DNA from: Acidobacteriota bacterium
GTDB taxonomy: Bacteria > Acidobacteriota > UBA890 > WLXD01
Direction: 5' to 3'
Length of the DNA: 64,000 nucleotides
NCBI GenBank assembly: GCA_965248695.1
Contig: CBDFKD010000002.1
Coordinates: 4,064,001 to 4,128,000 of the forward strand
In this document: positions 1 through 9,657 of the stretch, in pieces
How positions within the stretch are numbered: the stretch's first letter is position 1
Layout of the letters: every line of letters begins with the position of its first letter
The notes under the pieces: model-generated
What the model saw: the letters and a program-made list of their open reading frames with translations, nothing else
Told to the model about the DNA's origin: nothing
Databases searched by the model: none
Translations under genes and position numbers: made by a program

Positions 1-987
1 CGTCTCGGGATCACCGCGATCCACGACGCTTCATCCTCGGCGGAGGGTGAGCGACTCTACTCGCGTCTGCTCAGCAACGGCGAGCTGAACCTGCGGGCCG
101 TGACCTGCCAGCGCTACAGACCTTCCGGAGATGACGAGGAGCAGATCCGGGAGTTCATCGCTCGCCGCCAGGAGCTCCCCTCAGGGAACCTTCGAGCGAC
201 CTGCATCAAGATCGGTAACGACGGCATCATCGAGCAACGTACCGGAGCACTCCTCGAGCCGTACAGCGACCTACCGGTTGTCTACGAGCCGCATGTGGAA
301 GCGGAACGACTGAAACAGCTGGTCACCCGGCTTGATCGCGAGGGGTTCCAGGTCCAGATCCATGCCATCGGTGATCGGGCGGTGCGGGAGTCTCTCGATG
401 CGTTCGAAGCCGCTCGCCAGGCCAATGGCCCACGCGACTCGCGCCATAGCATGGCGCACGTGCAACTGATCGATCCGGCCGACGTAACGCGTCTGCGCCC
501 GTTGGGGGTGGTTGCGAACATGACGCCCTTCTGGGGCAAGGGCGATGATTGGACGGCCATCTACAACCTGAGACACCTCGGACCGGATCGGGCTCAACGG
601 GTCTACAACCACCGGACGCTCGTGCAGGCCGGTGTCCGACTTGTGTGGGGAACCGACTGGGCTGTGACCTCGTTGCGCCCGTTGGACGGGCTCGAAGTTG
701 CGGTGACGCGCAGACACCTCGGCGGAGTCGATCCCTACGGCGAAACCGACAGTGCCTGGGCACCAAACGAGAGACTCACCCTGGCGGAGTCGATCGCCGC
801 GTACACGATCTCAGGTGCATACCTGTCCTTCGATGAGCAGCAGCGAGGCTCCATCGAGGTTGGCAAGCTGGCAGATCTCGTTGTTCTCGAGAAGAACCTC
901 TTCGACGTACCGGAGCTCGAGATCCATGAAGTCCGCACTGACATGACGGTCTTCGACGGTACGGTTGTGTATGAGATCCCTGAATAG
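1..987 (+). CDS. Amidohydrolase (YtcJ/Amidohydro_3-like), 5'-truncated by window edge
   Basis: Frame open from base 1 (RLGITAIHDA). Motifs IKIGNDG, QIHAIGDRAV, MAHVQ, WGTDW and GSIEVGKLADLVVL. Confidence 0.9.
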   Translation, partial: RLGITAIHDASSSAEGERLYSRLLSNGELNLRAVTCQRYRPSGDDEEQIREFIARRQELPSGNLRATCIKIGNDGIIEQRTGALLEPYSDLPVVYEPHVEAERLKQLVTRLDREGFQVQIHAIGDRAVRESLDAFEAARQANGPRDSRHSMAHVQLIDPADVTRLRPLGVVANMTPFWGKGDDWTAIYNLRHLGPDRAQRVYNHRTLVQAGVRLVWGTDWAVTSLRPLDGLEVAVTRRHLGGVDPYGETDSAWAPNERLTLAESIAAYTISGAYLSFDEQQRGSIEVGKLADLVVLEKNLFDVPELEIHEVRTDMTVFDGTVVYEIPE

Positions 988-1053
988 AGAATGTCGCTCC
1001 GAGGTGTCCGCCAACGGCCGTTGGGCGTATGCCCTGGGGAGCGCGCCGACCCG

Positions 1054-1410
1054 TCAGGCCTCGCCAGGGCCGCGCTGGCCGCAGAAGTAGCCGAGTCCGA
1101 ACTCCGGCGTCGTGAAGGTGATCGTGCACCCCTTCGGGAAATAGAAGAGATCTCCGGCCGTAGCCGTGACGGTCTCTCCGCTGTCGCCGTCGTGGATCTC
1201 GAACTGCCCGTCCACGATGAGCTTGATCTCGTGATAGGTGTACGTATAGGTCATCGCCTCGCCGGCCTCGAGGCGGAACAGTCCGGCCGTGATCGGCTTG
1301 TCGGGGTCGTCCGACACGGCGAAGTCGTCAAGGAAGGCGGCGGCGGCCTCGTCCTCCATGGGGGGCAGGGCGCGGCCGAAGATCTTCCCGTGGTGCTTCA
1401 TGGACGGCAT
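1054..1410 (-). CDS. EutQ-like cupin (DUF861-type)
   Basis: 118 aa with ITAGLFRLE, YTYTYHEIKLIVDG and AGDLFYFPKG, typical of EutQ/cupin_3 proteins. Confidence 0.75.
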   Translation of the reverse strand: MPSMKHHGKIFGRALPPMEDEAAAAFLDDFAVSDDPDKPITAGLFRLEAGEAMTYTYTYHEIKLIVDGQFEIHDGDSGETVTATAGDLFYFPKGCTITFTTPEFGLGYFCGQRGPGEA

Positions 1411-1459
1411 GACGAGCTCTCCTGATCAGCGCGGGGAGGAGACATCATAGGTGACCCTG

Positions 1460-2113
1460 CTAGACGCCGAGCGCTGGCTCCCTCGGGAGCGTTGACGGGG
1501 TCCCGATGCGCCGACGAACGACGAACGCCGTCGCTCGCAGGAGGAGCGCCGCGATGAGCGAGGCGGTGACCAGCACGTAAAGCCAGTTCTCCGCGACGAG
1601 GCCGCGGCGGAATGCCGAAAGCGTGTACAGCCAGTTGGTGCGGAAGAACACCCACCAGAGCCCGTACATCCCGACCGTGTGCAGCAGGCGCCAGGTGGTC
1701 GGTGTCATGCGTTTGCTGAATCGCTCGAACGAAGTCATCGCGAGAGCCGCGATCACGGCGTACCCGACGTATCCCTCCACCCGGTCGAGCACCGACAGGC
1801 TGGTCCATGCAACGCCCTGATTCATGCTGATCAACCAGGCCAAAGCCAGCATGCTGAGGAACATTCCGTAGGCGTAGCCGACCCCGAGGTACTTGCGGCT
1901 GTCGAGAAGCCACTCCGCCGTGCGCCCGGGTCGAAGGGTTGCGAACGCCGCGGCGCAGAACGCCAGGAGGAACGGAACCACGGGGGCGCGGAACGTCCAG
2001 CGCACCAGCATCCGGACGTGCTCCTCGTCGCCGTTGCCGATGGCGAGCCCGATCGCCACGATCACGGTCTGCGCCGCCACCAATACCCAGAACAGCGTCC
2101 ATCTCTCGATCAT
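1460..2113 (-). CDS. Multi-pass membrane protein, MsrQ/ferric-reductase-like
   Basis: Several hydrophobic segments; RKYLGV, LAMTSF and WRLLH resemble MsrQ-like membrane domains. Confidence 0.6.
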   Translation of the reverse strand: MIERWTLFWVLVAAQTVIVAIGLAIGNGDEEHVRMLVRWTFRAPVVPFLLAFCAAAFATLRPGRTAEWLLDSRKYLGVGYAYGMFLSMLALAWLISMNQGVAWTSLSVLDRVEGYVGYAVIAALAMTSFERFSKRMTPTTWRLLHTVGMYGLWWVFFRTNWLYTLSAFRRGLVAENWLYVLVTASLIAALLLRATAFVVRRRIGTPSTLPREPALGV

Positions 2114-2229
2114 CAGAGGGTTGCCCCCAGGGTCGGCCGGTACCAGTTACTCGCCGCGGTCCATTCAGCTCGTTTATACCCTGAGTCGGGGTGCCGCGCC
2201 CTGAAGTGGTGCGAGAAACGCTGCGACGC

Positions 2230-2301
2230 ACGGTTGAGGGGTCGAAGGTTGCCGATCTTGTGGTGGTTCGCGGAGATCCAGAGATGAGATTGCTAACTTG
2301 A
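2230..2301 (+). pseudogene. Small remnant of an amidohydrolase C-terminus
   Basis: Translates TVEGSKVADLVVVRGDP, resembling the GxIExGKxADLVVxxGDP motif; I see no upstream gene body. Confidence 0.45.
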
Positions 2302-2457
2302 GTCAGCATTCACCTTTTTCGGACCCCAGGTTGTTCGGCTGGGGTCTGATCTTGATAATGAGAGCGTGGCGGCTGTCTCCCCAGCACGGTGCTGATTGCG
2401 CCTGATGCGGCCTACCTGTTCGGGGGCAGACCGTAAGCTTGTGTCCGGGAGGATCTG

Positions 2458-3201
2458 ATGAGGACAGCATTGCGAGGCGGCGCGCGACCCCGCGTGTTTG
2501 CCGGGCTGGCCATCATCGTCTTGGCGGCCTGCACAGCCTCGATGGAACCAGAGCCGGACCCCGTTGGCACCTGGAACCTGAAGTCGAGTGAAGTCCCAGG
2601 GCAGCGCCTCGGGGGTCAGACGATGCCCGTCGCGCCACCCTCCTCGGGTGCGGGCAAGACGGTCCTTCTGAAAGTGGAGGAAGCCGACGGGGAGTTGCGC
2701 GCCCAGATGACCTCGATTTCCGACAGCCTGATCGAAGTCGATGACTTCCGCTTGGAGGATGGCACGATGTTCGTCGAGTTCGGGGCCTACGAGTACACGC
2801 TCAGCCTCGACGGCGATCGGGTCACAGGCACCGTCGTGAGCCCGTTGGGAGAGTTCGAGATCGCAGGAACCAGGCAGGACACGGGCCTGCTCTATGTCGG
2901 TGAGCCTGAGGAGTTCTACACGAACCACCCTGGCGTGGTCGGCCACCGCACGGAGCTCGCACCGCCGGAGGACGTTGAAGACCCAGCCGCCTGGGTGAGG
3001 GAACGCGTGCAATCGGCAGAGGATTTGGTGCTGATCTCAGATCTCGGTAGGATCGCCATCGAGTTCACCAATACGGCAGCGTTCGAGGAGGAATTGCTGG
3101 GCTACGCTGGCCAAGAGGTGCGGGTGTCGGGCACCTGGAGGGGAGAGAGGATCGAGATCGATACGATCGAGCTGGCACCGCCGGAGGACGATGAAGGCTG
3201 A
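2458..3201 (+). CDS. Hypothetical lipoprotein
   Basis: 247 aa, signal peptide with lipobox VLAAC, GGAGG upstream, acidic mature region. Confidence 0.7.
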   Translation: MRTALRGGARPRVFAGLAIIVLAACTASMEPEPDPVGTWNLKSSEVPGQRLGGQTMPVAPPSSGAGKTVLLKVEEADGELRAQMTSISDSLIEVDDFRLEDGTMFVEFGAYEYTLSLDGDRVTGTVVSPLGEFEIAGTRQDTGLLYVGEPEEFYTNHPGVVGHRTELAPPEDVEDPAAWVRERVQSAEDLVLISDLGRIAIEFTNTAAFEEELLGYAGQEVRVSGTWRGERIEIDTIELAPPEDDEG

Positions 3202-3259
3202 GCCCAGACAGCCGGTTGGAGATTAGGGCGGCATGCCATCAAACAGAGGGGAGAGCACG

Positions 3260-4525
3260 ATGCGGAAAGTCCTCGTTGGAACATTGGCGACGTTGGTGGC
3301 GACGGTCGGTGTGGCGACTCTCAGTCGAGCTAGCCTCGGCCAATCCAGCGCCGAGGAACCGAGCGTGCCGACGTGGACGCGCGACGTCGGCCCCTTACTG
3401 GCGGACAGCTGCATGAGCTGCCACCGACCGGGGGAAGTTGCTCCCATGTCGCTGTTGAGCTATGAGGAAGCACGCCCCTGGGCCAAGTCGATCCGGCAAG
3501 TGGTCCGCGAGCGGATCATGCCGCCGTGGAAGGCAGATCCGCGCTATGGTCGGTTTTCCAACGATCGCCGCCTGACCGGCGAGCAGGTCCGAACGATCGA
3601 AGAGTGGGTCTCAGGGGGAGCTCCCCGGGGAGAGGGCGATTTCACGTCGCCGGCCTTCGTCGAGGGTTGGGCCCTCAGCGCCGAGCTTGGGCCACCCGAC
3701 CACATCTTCGAGATGGAAGAGCCGTATCGCATTCCGGCGGGCGGCCCGGACCAATTCCCTCACATCACGGCGCCTACGAACCACGCAGAGGACATCTGGG
3801 CTCGGGCGGTAGAGATGCGCGGCAACCCCCGGGTGGTTCACCACGGCAGTGTGAGCGCGGTACAGCCGGACGGCAGTCCCCTCTACGTCGGCAACATCAT
3901 CCCCGGACTTCACCCGCACATTCTCCCGCAAGGCTCGGCCAAGGGGATCCCGGCCGGATCGACGTTACAGTTCGATATGCACTACCACCCGAGCGGCCAG
4001 GAAGAATTCGATCGCGCCGAAGTCGGTATCTGGCTGGCACAATATCCGATCACCGACGTGGTTCGTGACGGCCTTGTCAGAGATCGGCAGATCGAGATCC
4101 CGCCGTACGCGCCGAACTACGAAAGCGTCGCCGAAATGGAGTTCGACGTCGACGCCGAGCTGCTGAGCCTCGAGCCCCACATGCACTATCGCGGCAAAGA
4201 CATGATGTACGAGGTGATCTATCCAGACGGCCGGGAAGAGATCCTGTTGTCGGTTCCGAACTACGATTTCAACTGGCAGCTGAGCTACTACCTGACGGAG
4301 CCTGTGCCGCTAGCGAAGGGAACGAAGCTTCGGGTTACTGCCCACTTCGACAACTCCGAGAATAATCCCCGAAACCCGAATCCGAGCCTGAAGGTCGTCT
4401 ATGGTCAGGACTCGCGTGACGAGATGATGGAAGGATGGTTCCGCTATCGCGTGAAGCGCGATGAACCGATCATCCCTTCCCATATTCCAGCAAGCGAATC
4501 GGAAGGATCTTCGCCAAGGCCCTAG
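3260..4525 (+). CDS. Secreted cytochrome c / copper type II monooxygenase-like protein
   Basis: Signal peptide, heme motif CMSCH, MPPW, VVHH, PHMHYRGK, YDFNWQ and DEMM copper-site motifs; start at ATG 3260 after GGGGAG. Confidence 0.8.
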   Translation: MRKVLVGTLATLVATVGVATLSRASLGQSSAEEPSVPTWTRDVGPLLADSCMSCHRPGEVAPMSLLSYEEARPWAKSIRQVVRERIMPPWKADPRYGRFSNDRRLTGEQVRTIEEWVSGGAPRGEGDFTSPAFVEGWALSAELGPPDHIFEMEEPYRIPAGGPDQFPHITAPTNHAEDIWARAVEMRGNPRVVHHGSVSAVQPDGSPLYVGNIIPGLHPHILPQGSAKGIPAGSTLQFDMHYHPSGQEEFDRAEVGIWLAQYPITDVVRDGLVRDRQIEIPPYAPNYESVAEMEFDVDAELLSLEPHMHYRGKDMMYEVIYPDGREEILLSVPNYDFNWQLSYYLTEPVPLAKGTKLRVTAHFDNSENNPRNPNPSLKVVYGQDSRDEMMEGWFRYRVKRDEPIIPSHIPASESEGSSPRP

Positions 4526-4596
4526 ACTCTGCGGCGTGACCGAACACGGGGTATCTGGGAAATCCCGCGTCAAGACGCCAACCTGATAGGTGAGAA

Positions 4597-6081
4597 ATGA
4601 AGACGAGACGGGTGCGAGCGTTCATCTTCGTGCGCTGGGCTTTGCTCACGGCTGTGTTGGCGGTCTGGACGCTTCCGGCAGCCGCGCAGTGGGCACAAGC
4701 GCCGCCGCGCGAGATCGTGATCACCGGCGGCTGGCTGTTCGACGGCGTTGGCGACGCGCGCGTCCGCAACACCGGGATCGTCATCCGTGACGGCAAGTTC
4801 GTCGAGGTCGGCGCCGACCTCAGCGGCCGCTATTTTCCAGCCGCCCGGATAATCGAGCTCGATGACGGCGCCACGATCTTGCCCGGGATGATCGATTTGC
4901 ACGCTCACCACAACATGAACATGGTGGGGGTAGGGCGTGCCGAGGAGATCACCTACAACTCGATCATCTTCCTGGCCAACGGCGTCACGGCGACCTGGTC
5001 GGCGGGGGAGTTCTTCTCGGAGCGTGTCATCGCGCAACGCGATCGGATCGACCGCGGCGAGGCCATCGGCGCGCGCGTTTTCGCTTCCGGCCCGTACTTC
5101 GGCGCGTTTCGCTGCGAGTATCAGATCGAGACCGCCGAGGACGACTGCATCGGCTGGCCCAACGACATCACGGAAGAAGAGATCCGCGCCGAGGTCGATT
5201 ACTGGGCCCAGCGCGGCGTACGCAGCATCAAGATCAAGCAGTCGACGCCGGAAGAGATGCGCATTCTCATCGATCAGGCGCATCGCCGGGGCATGACCAC
5301 GACCAGTCACCTTGGTAACTACGCGGGGTCCTACGACGTCGAGCCCGATGAAGCCATCGCCATGGGACTGGACCGAATCGAGCACGGGATCAGGAGCGGG
5401 AGGGGTGACGATCCGGCTGAGCTGGAGCGCATGATCAACCTCTTTCTCGAGGAGGGCGTGTATTTCGACTCCAACCTGCAGATGTACTCCCGCTATGACG
5501 GAGACCCCACCGGCCACCCGTCGCTCGACCTCGTCTGGGTGGACGAATACGAGTTCTTCACGCCGTACGCGCAGCAGCGGATTCGTGCCCGAAAGGCGGC
5601 GTCCGGGGCCGAGCCGGAGAGCGTGTACGTCGTGTCGGAGAGTTCCCGCCGGCACATTGCAGAACTCGGCGCCCTGTTCGAGTCGGGTGGCGGCGACCTC
5701 ATCATCGTCGGCACCGACGAGCCGACCTCCGGTCCGTGGCTGCCAGGCTTCGCCTACCATCGTGAGCTCATGATCATGGTCCATGCCGGGTTGCCCCCGG
5801 CGGCGGTGCTCAAGGCCGCAACCATCAACGGAGCGCGAGCGCTCGGGGTAGTCGACCGGCTCGGGTCGATCGAACCCGGCAAGCTCGCCGATCTGTACGT
5901 CGCTGAGGGCAACCCTCTGGAGGACATCTCCACCGCGCGCAACGTGCGTCTGGTGGTGAAGGCGGGGGTGGTCTACGACCCGGAGGAGCTACTGGAGATG
6001 GCCAAGGGCAAGATCGGCCCCTCCGGACCGGATGACCACGCTGCCTGGGAGCTCGTGGTCAAGCCGTTGCGACGCCGCTAG
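4597..6081 (+). CDS. Secreted amidohydrolase (Amidohydro_1)
   Basis: Signal peptide; PGMIDLHAH, IKIK, IEHG, VGTD and GSIEPGKLADL. Confidence 0.9.
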   Translation: MKTRRVRAFIFVRWALLTAVLAVWTLPAAAQWAQAPPREIVITGGWLFDGVGDARVRNTGIVIRDGKFVEVGADLSGRYFPAARIIELDDGATILPGMIDLHAHHNMNMVGVGRAEEITYNSIIFLANGVTATWSAGEFFSERVIAQRDRIDRGEAIGARVFASGPYFGAFRCEYQIETAEDDCIGWPNDITEEEIRAEVDYWAQRGVRSIKIKQSTPEEMRILIDQAHRRGMTTTSHLGNYAGSYDVEPDEAIAMGLDRIEHGIRSGRGDDPAELERMINLFLEEGVYFDSNLQMYSRYDGDPTGHPSLDLVWVDEYEFFTPYAQQRIRARKAASGAEPESVYVVSESSRRHIAELGALFESGGGDLIIVGTDEPTSGPWLPGFAYHRELMIMVHAGLPPAAVLKAATINGARALGVVDRLGSIEPGKLADLYVAEGNPLEDISTARNVRLVVKAGVVYDPEELLEMAKGKIGPSGPDDHAAWELVVKPLRRR

Positions 6082-6171
6082 TCCTCACGGACCGCTGACC
6101 GTGGCCCGTCGCGAGGAACGCTGCTCGCCGCCGGCGTCTACGGGTCGCCTATCTACGCGGGAGAGACAACG

Positions 6172-7161
6172 ATGACTATCCCGAGAGGCAAGGGCCTGAT
6201 CGCGGCGCTACTCCTGTTCTTGGTAGCGGTGGCCGTGATCGTGGCCGTGCCGCAGCGTTACATGATCTGGTACTACACCTGGAACACCCCTGAGGCCCCG
6301 CCGCTCCTCGACCAGGTCGACGAGGGCCCCGGAGTGCGATGGCACGACGACTACTTCACTATTCAGGCGCTCGATGCGCGCACCTTCGCCATCGGCGAGC
6401 CCCGCTACTATCAGCAGAACTACAACTACCTGCTCCTGGGAACCGAGCGCGCCGTGTTGTTCGATGCCGGCCCCGGCGTTCGCGACATCCGGCCGGTGGC
6501 GCAGTCGCTCACCGATCTCCCCGTGACCTTCGTGCCTTCCCATTTCCACGTCGACCACGTAGGCAACGAGATCACCTTCGAGAATGTGGCGGTGATCGAC
6601 CTGCCCTACTTGCGAGCTCGCGCGCCCGACAACCGTCTGCAGCTCACGGACCGCGAGCACCTGGGATTCCACGAGGGCGTTGCTCCTGCCACGCTCGAGA
6701 TCGACGAGTGGATCTCGGCCGGAGACACCATGCAGCTGGGCGACCGCTCCCTGCGAGTCCTCTATACGCCCGGCCACACGGAAGACTCGATCTCGCTGCT
6801 CGATGTGGATTCCGGCCAGCTGTTTTCGGGCGATTTCATCTATCCCGGACCGCTGTATGCGTATCTCCCGAACAGCGGCATGGGTGACTACGTGCAGGCC
6901 GCCGACACTGTGCTCAGCTCCGCTCCCCCCGGCGTCCGCATCCTCGGCGCGCACCGGGGCAGGTCGCCCGGGGCGCCACGGCTGACGCTGGCCGATGTGC
7001 AGGACCTCAGGGCCGCGCTGGACGCGATACGAAGCGGAGAGCTCTCGGGCGAGGGCTTCTACCCGGTCCGGTACCGGATCAACTCGCAGCTGCGCCTGCT
7101 GGCGGACCCCTGGTGGTTGCAGAACTGGACGCCACGCCGCCCATCGTTGGCAAGTCGCTGA
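6172..7161 (+). CDS. MBL-fold metallo-hydrolase
   Basis: SHFHVDHVG (HxHxDH), TPGHTEDS and LFSGD; N-terminal membrane anchor. Confidence 0.9.
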   Translation: MTIPRGKGLIAALLLFLVAVAVIVAVPQRYMIWYYTWNTPEAPPLLDQVDEGPGVRWHDDYFTIQALDARTFAIGEPRYYQQNYNYLLLGTERAVLFDAGPGVRDIRPVAQSLTDLPVTFVPSHFHVDHVGNEITFENVAVIDLPYLRARAPDNRLQLTDREHLGFHEGVAPATLEIDEWISAGDTMQLGDRSLRVLYTPGHTEDSISLLDVDSGQLFSGDFIYPGPLYAYLPNSGMGDYVQAADTVLSSAPPGVRILGAHRGRSPGAPRLTLADVQDLRAALDAIRSGELSGEGFYPVRYRINSQLRLLADPWWLQNWTPRRPSLASR

Positions 7162-7201
7162 TGCGTCGGATCAGCGCCGGCATCCTGCTCGTGCGTCCCG
7201 G

Positions 7202-9490
7202 CTAGCGGCCTTCCACTACACGCAGCGGCATCAGCCGGGCCGCCTGGCCATCGGCGGTCGTATCCACTACTTGCAGCTCGACCAGGTACTCGCCGGGGTC
7301 GAGATACGGTAGCGGCAAAAGGCCGCCGTATACGCCCGGACCCTCGGGCCGCAATGCGGAGGCCGGTACCTCCGCGATGGTGTTCCGTGTGGCGTGATGG
7401 AAGATCGAGGCGGAGACGTGCGGCCTTGTCGCGCCGCTAACCTGAACGCTCGCGAAGATCTGGATGCCCGCGGAAATGCCCTCGTCTAGCAGGGGTCTGA
7501 GCTCGGCACCGGCCTCCAATACGCCGAGCATCGGATCCGCCATCGTCCACCCGTCGCTGGACGGGACCCGCACCTCCAGCCTCGACGTGCCGAATCGGTC
7601 ACCGCCGTCTTCAGCGATCACCAGCCGGATATCGTGGATTCCCGGGTCGACTGGCCACTCGGTCGTGTAGCGGAGGTATCGGAACGAAGCATCGGGCGCG
7701 TATCCTGCCCGATCGGTCTGTGGCAGAACCGTCGCGTGAGTCTCGCCGCTGATCTCGCCCGCACGATCCAACGCGATGGCATGCACTCGGAAGTACGGGA
7801 TGCCGAGCACGTCGGCCAGTTCCTCGCGGTTATCCGCGCCGGGACCGACTCCCTCGAAGGCGGGCGCCCAGGCACCGGCGACTGTCTCCGTGGGCCGAGG
7901 CAACCCGACAACCAATAGGATTTTGGGCGCGCCGTCAGGCTCAAAGCGGCGGAACGCCGCGGCGGGCACCGGGCGTCCCATGACCGAGCCCGGTAGCGCC
8001 AATGCTGCCGCCACCTTGCGAGCCCTGAGCTGCGAATCCGGCAGCTCTCGATAGCCTGACCGGGCCCGCACCTCCGCCTCCGGGTAGCTGACCTGCACCT
8101 CGATCTCGTGGTACTCGCCATCCTCGTGTGGCGCCGGGGGCTCATAGAAGATCAGGTAGAACTGCGTCGAGTCGTTGTACTGCTCCTCGAATGCCCGGTC
8201 GAGATCGCTCCAGCCGATGAACGACCGGCCGCCGGTCTTCGCAGCCAGGTCCACGAGCGGGACGGTGAGATCGCGATAGGCCGGTCGCACGTGGTTGCGC
8301 AGTGCCGTGGAGACCACGCCAGTGCTGATGGCGGCGCTGCGGCCGAGGTTGTTGAGCTCCGAGATCGGGCGCGGATCGACGGTGTAAATGCTCACGTTGC
8401 CGGTGTTCGCCGTTTGGTACACCTCTTCCATCAGGTCGAGGAGGCGCTGGCTCAGTGCCGATCTTTCCACAGTCGAACTCCCCGTCGGAGCGTTGACCGC
8501 CTCGCGCACCGCTGCCGCGAAAGCCGAGTAGGGTCCACCCTCCGTGATCATCGCACCGGAGGAGATCCACACCAGGGCAGTGCGGCCTTCCATTGCCGAC
8601 AAAGCGTTGATGAAGTGAAGAATAGTCCGGAGTGTCTGCTCGGCGCGCCGGCGCTCGCGCTCGCCATCTAACCTGGCCTTTCGCTCGAGGTTCTCGAGAA
8701 GCTGGAGCACCATGATCGGGGTCAACGCGGCGCGACGCTCCGCTCCTGGCGACTCCTGCGCCTCGATCGCCAACTGCATCATTGGCTGATACTCCTGCTC
8801 CATGCGGCTGAAGATAGACGCGGTCGTCAGCCCTGCCTCCGCCACCGACGCTGTCGCGTTACGAAGCACTTCACGATCGGTCGTCAGTGGGGCCAGCTCC
8901 TGTACCGTGCCGGTGTTGTCGATCAGGAACACGCTGCGCGGCACTTCCAGCTCACCCTCCCCTTCGAAGAGACTCCCGAGAGTCTTGGTCAGTCGAGGGC
9001 TGTTCCTTCGATCCAGGCTCGGCAGGTCGACCAGGTAGACCACAGCCCCGAGGCTTGCAGGGCTTCGCCGGATGGGTGTGGGCTCCGTCCATACAGAGGC
9101 CGATTCGTCGCCTGCGGTGATCGTCTCGTCGCGTGCGGTGATCGTCTCGTTGTGAGACGCGACGTTGGTGACCTGTCCCCTTGCGAGGCTGACGAGCTGG
9201 ACGCTCAAGATCTCCTGCTCAGCCCCGTCCTCGAAGACTCGGAAAGCGTCTGCCGTCAAGTCGTTGATGAAGCTTCCGCCCTCGTCGGTAACGATGGCGT
9301 CGACGCGCACGCGCCTGACCGCGGACCGAAACGTCGGTACTTGAGCCGGCAGCGCCTCCTGAGCCAAGGCCACCGACGCGCCCGTTCTCCCGCTATTGCC
9401 CGCCACCGGGACGGCGCTCGAAACCGGTTGCCCGGCAACGGTCAACGCCAGGAGGAAACCGAGAAACCGAATCGCGCGCACGCGCTTCAC
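7202..9490 (-). CDS. VWFA-related Acidobacterial-type domain protein
   Basis: Signal peptide, PTFRSAVRRVRVDAIVTD, FRVFEDG, GRTALVWISSG, NVSIYTVDPR, LAAKTGG and VRARSGY. GTG start at 9490 chosen; the ORF extends to 9523. Confidence 0.8.
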   Translation of the reverse strand: MKRVRAIRFLGFLLALTVAGQPVSSAVPVAGNSGRTGASVALAQEALPAQVPTFRSAVRRVRVDAIVTDEGGSFINDLTADAFRVFEDGAEQEILSVQLVSLARGQVTNVASHNETITARDETITAGDESASVWTEPTPIRRSPASLGAVVYLVDLPSLDRRNSPRLTKTLGSLFEGEGELEVPRSVFLIDNTGTVQELAPLTTDREVLRNATASVAEAGLTTASIFSRMEQEYQPMMQLAIEAQESPGAERRAALTPIMVLQLLENLERKARLDGERERRRAEQTLRTILHFINALSAMEGRTALVWISSGAMITEGGPYSAFAAAVREAVNAPTGSSTVERSALSQRLLDLMEEVYQTANTGNVSIYTVDPRPISELNNLGRSAAISTGVVSTALRNHVRPAYRDLTVPLVDLAAKTGGRSFIGWSDLDRAFEEQYNDSTQFYLIFYEPPAPHEDGEYHEIEVQVSYPEAEVRARSGYRELPDSQLRARKVAAALALPGSVMGRPVPAAAFRRFEPDGAPKILLVVGLPRPTETVAGAWAPAFEGVGPGADNREELADVLGIPYFRVHAIALDRAGEISGETHATVLPQTDRAGYAPDASFRYLRYTTEWPVDPGIHDIRLVIAEDGGDRFGTSRLEVRVPSSDGWTMADPMLGVLEAGAELRPLLDEGISAGIQIFASVQVSGATRPHVSASIFHHATRNTIAEVPASALRPEGPGVYGGLLPLPYLDPGEYLVELQVVDTTADGQAARLMPLRVVEGR

Positions 9491-9657
9491 GGAAGATCTC
9501 CTGCGCTCGAGGCAAGCCCACACATAACCGCAAACCTACTCGCCGGGGGCGCACCGGTTCAACTGCCAGGCGAATGGCTGCGGCATGGAGGAGGTCGTCG
9601 GCACGGCCTAGCGCGGAGAGAGGGACCAGCCGCGTCGGGCGGGTGAGCCCGTTTCGC

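Noticed and set aside
2322-2346. GACCCCAG-N9-CTGGGGTC hairpin as an intrinsic terminator
   Set aside because: No U-tract follows on either strand.
9113-9150. 21-bp-period tandem duplication (ETITARD/ETITAGD) in the VWA gene
   Set aside because: An in-frame linker duplication, consistent with ordinary slippage.
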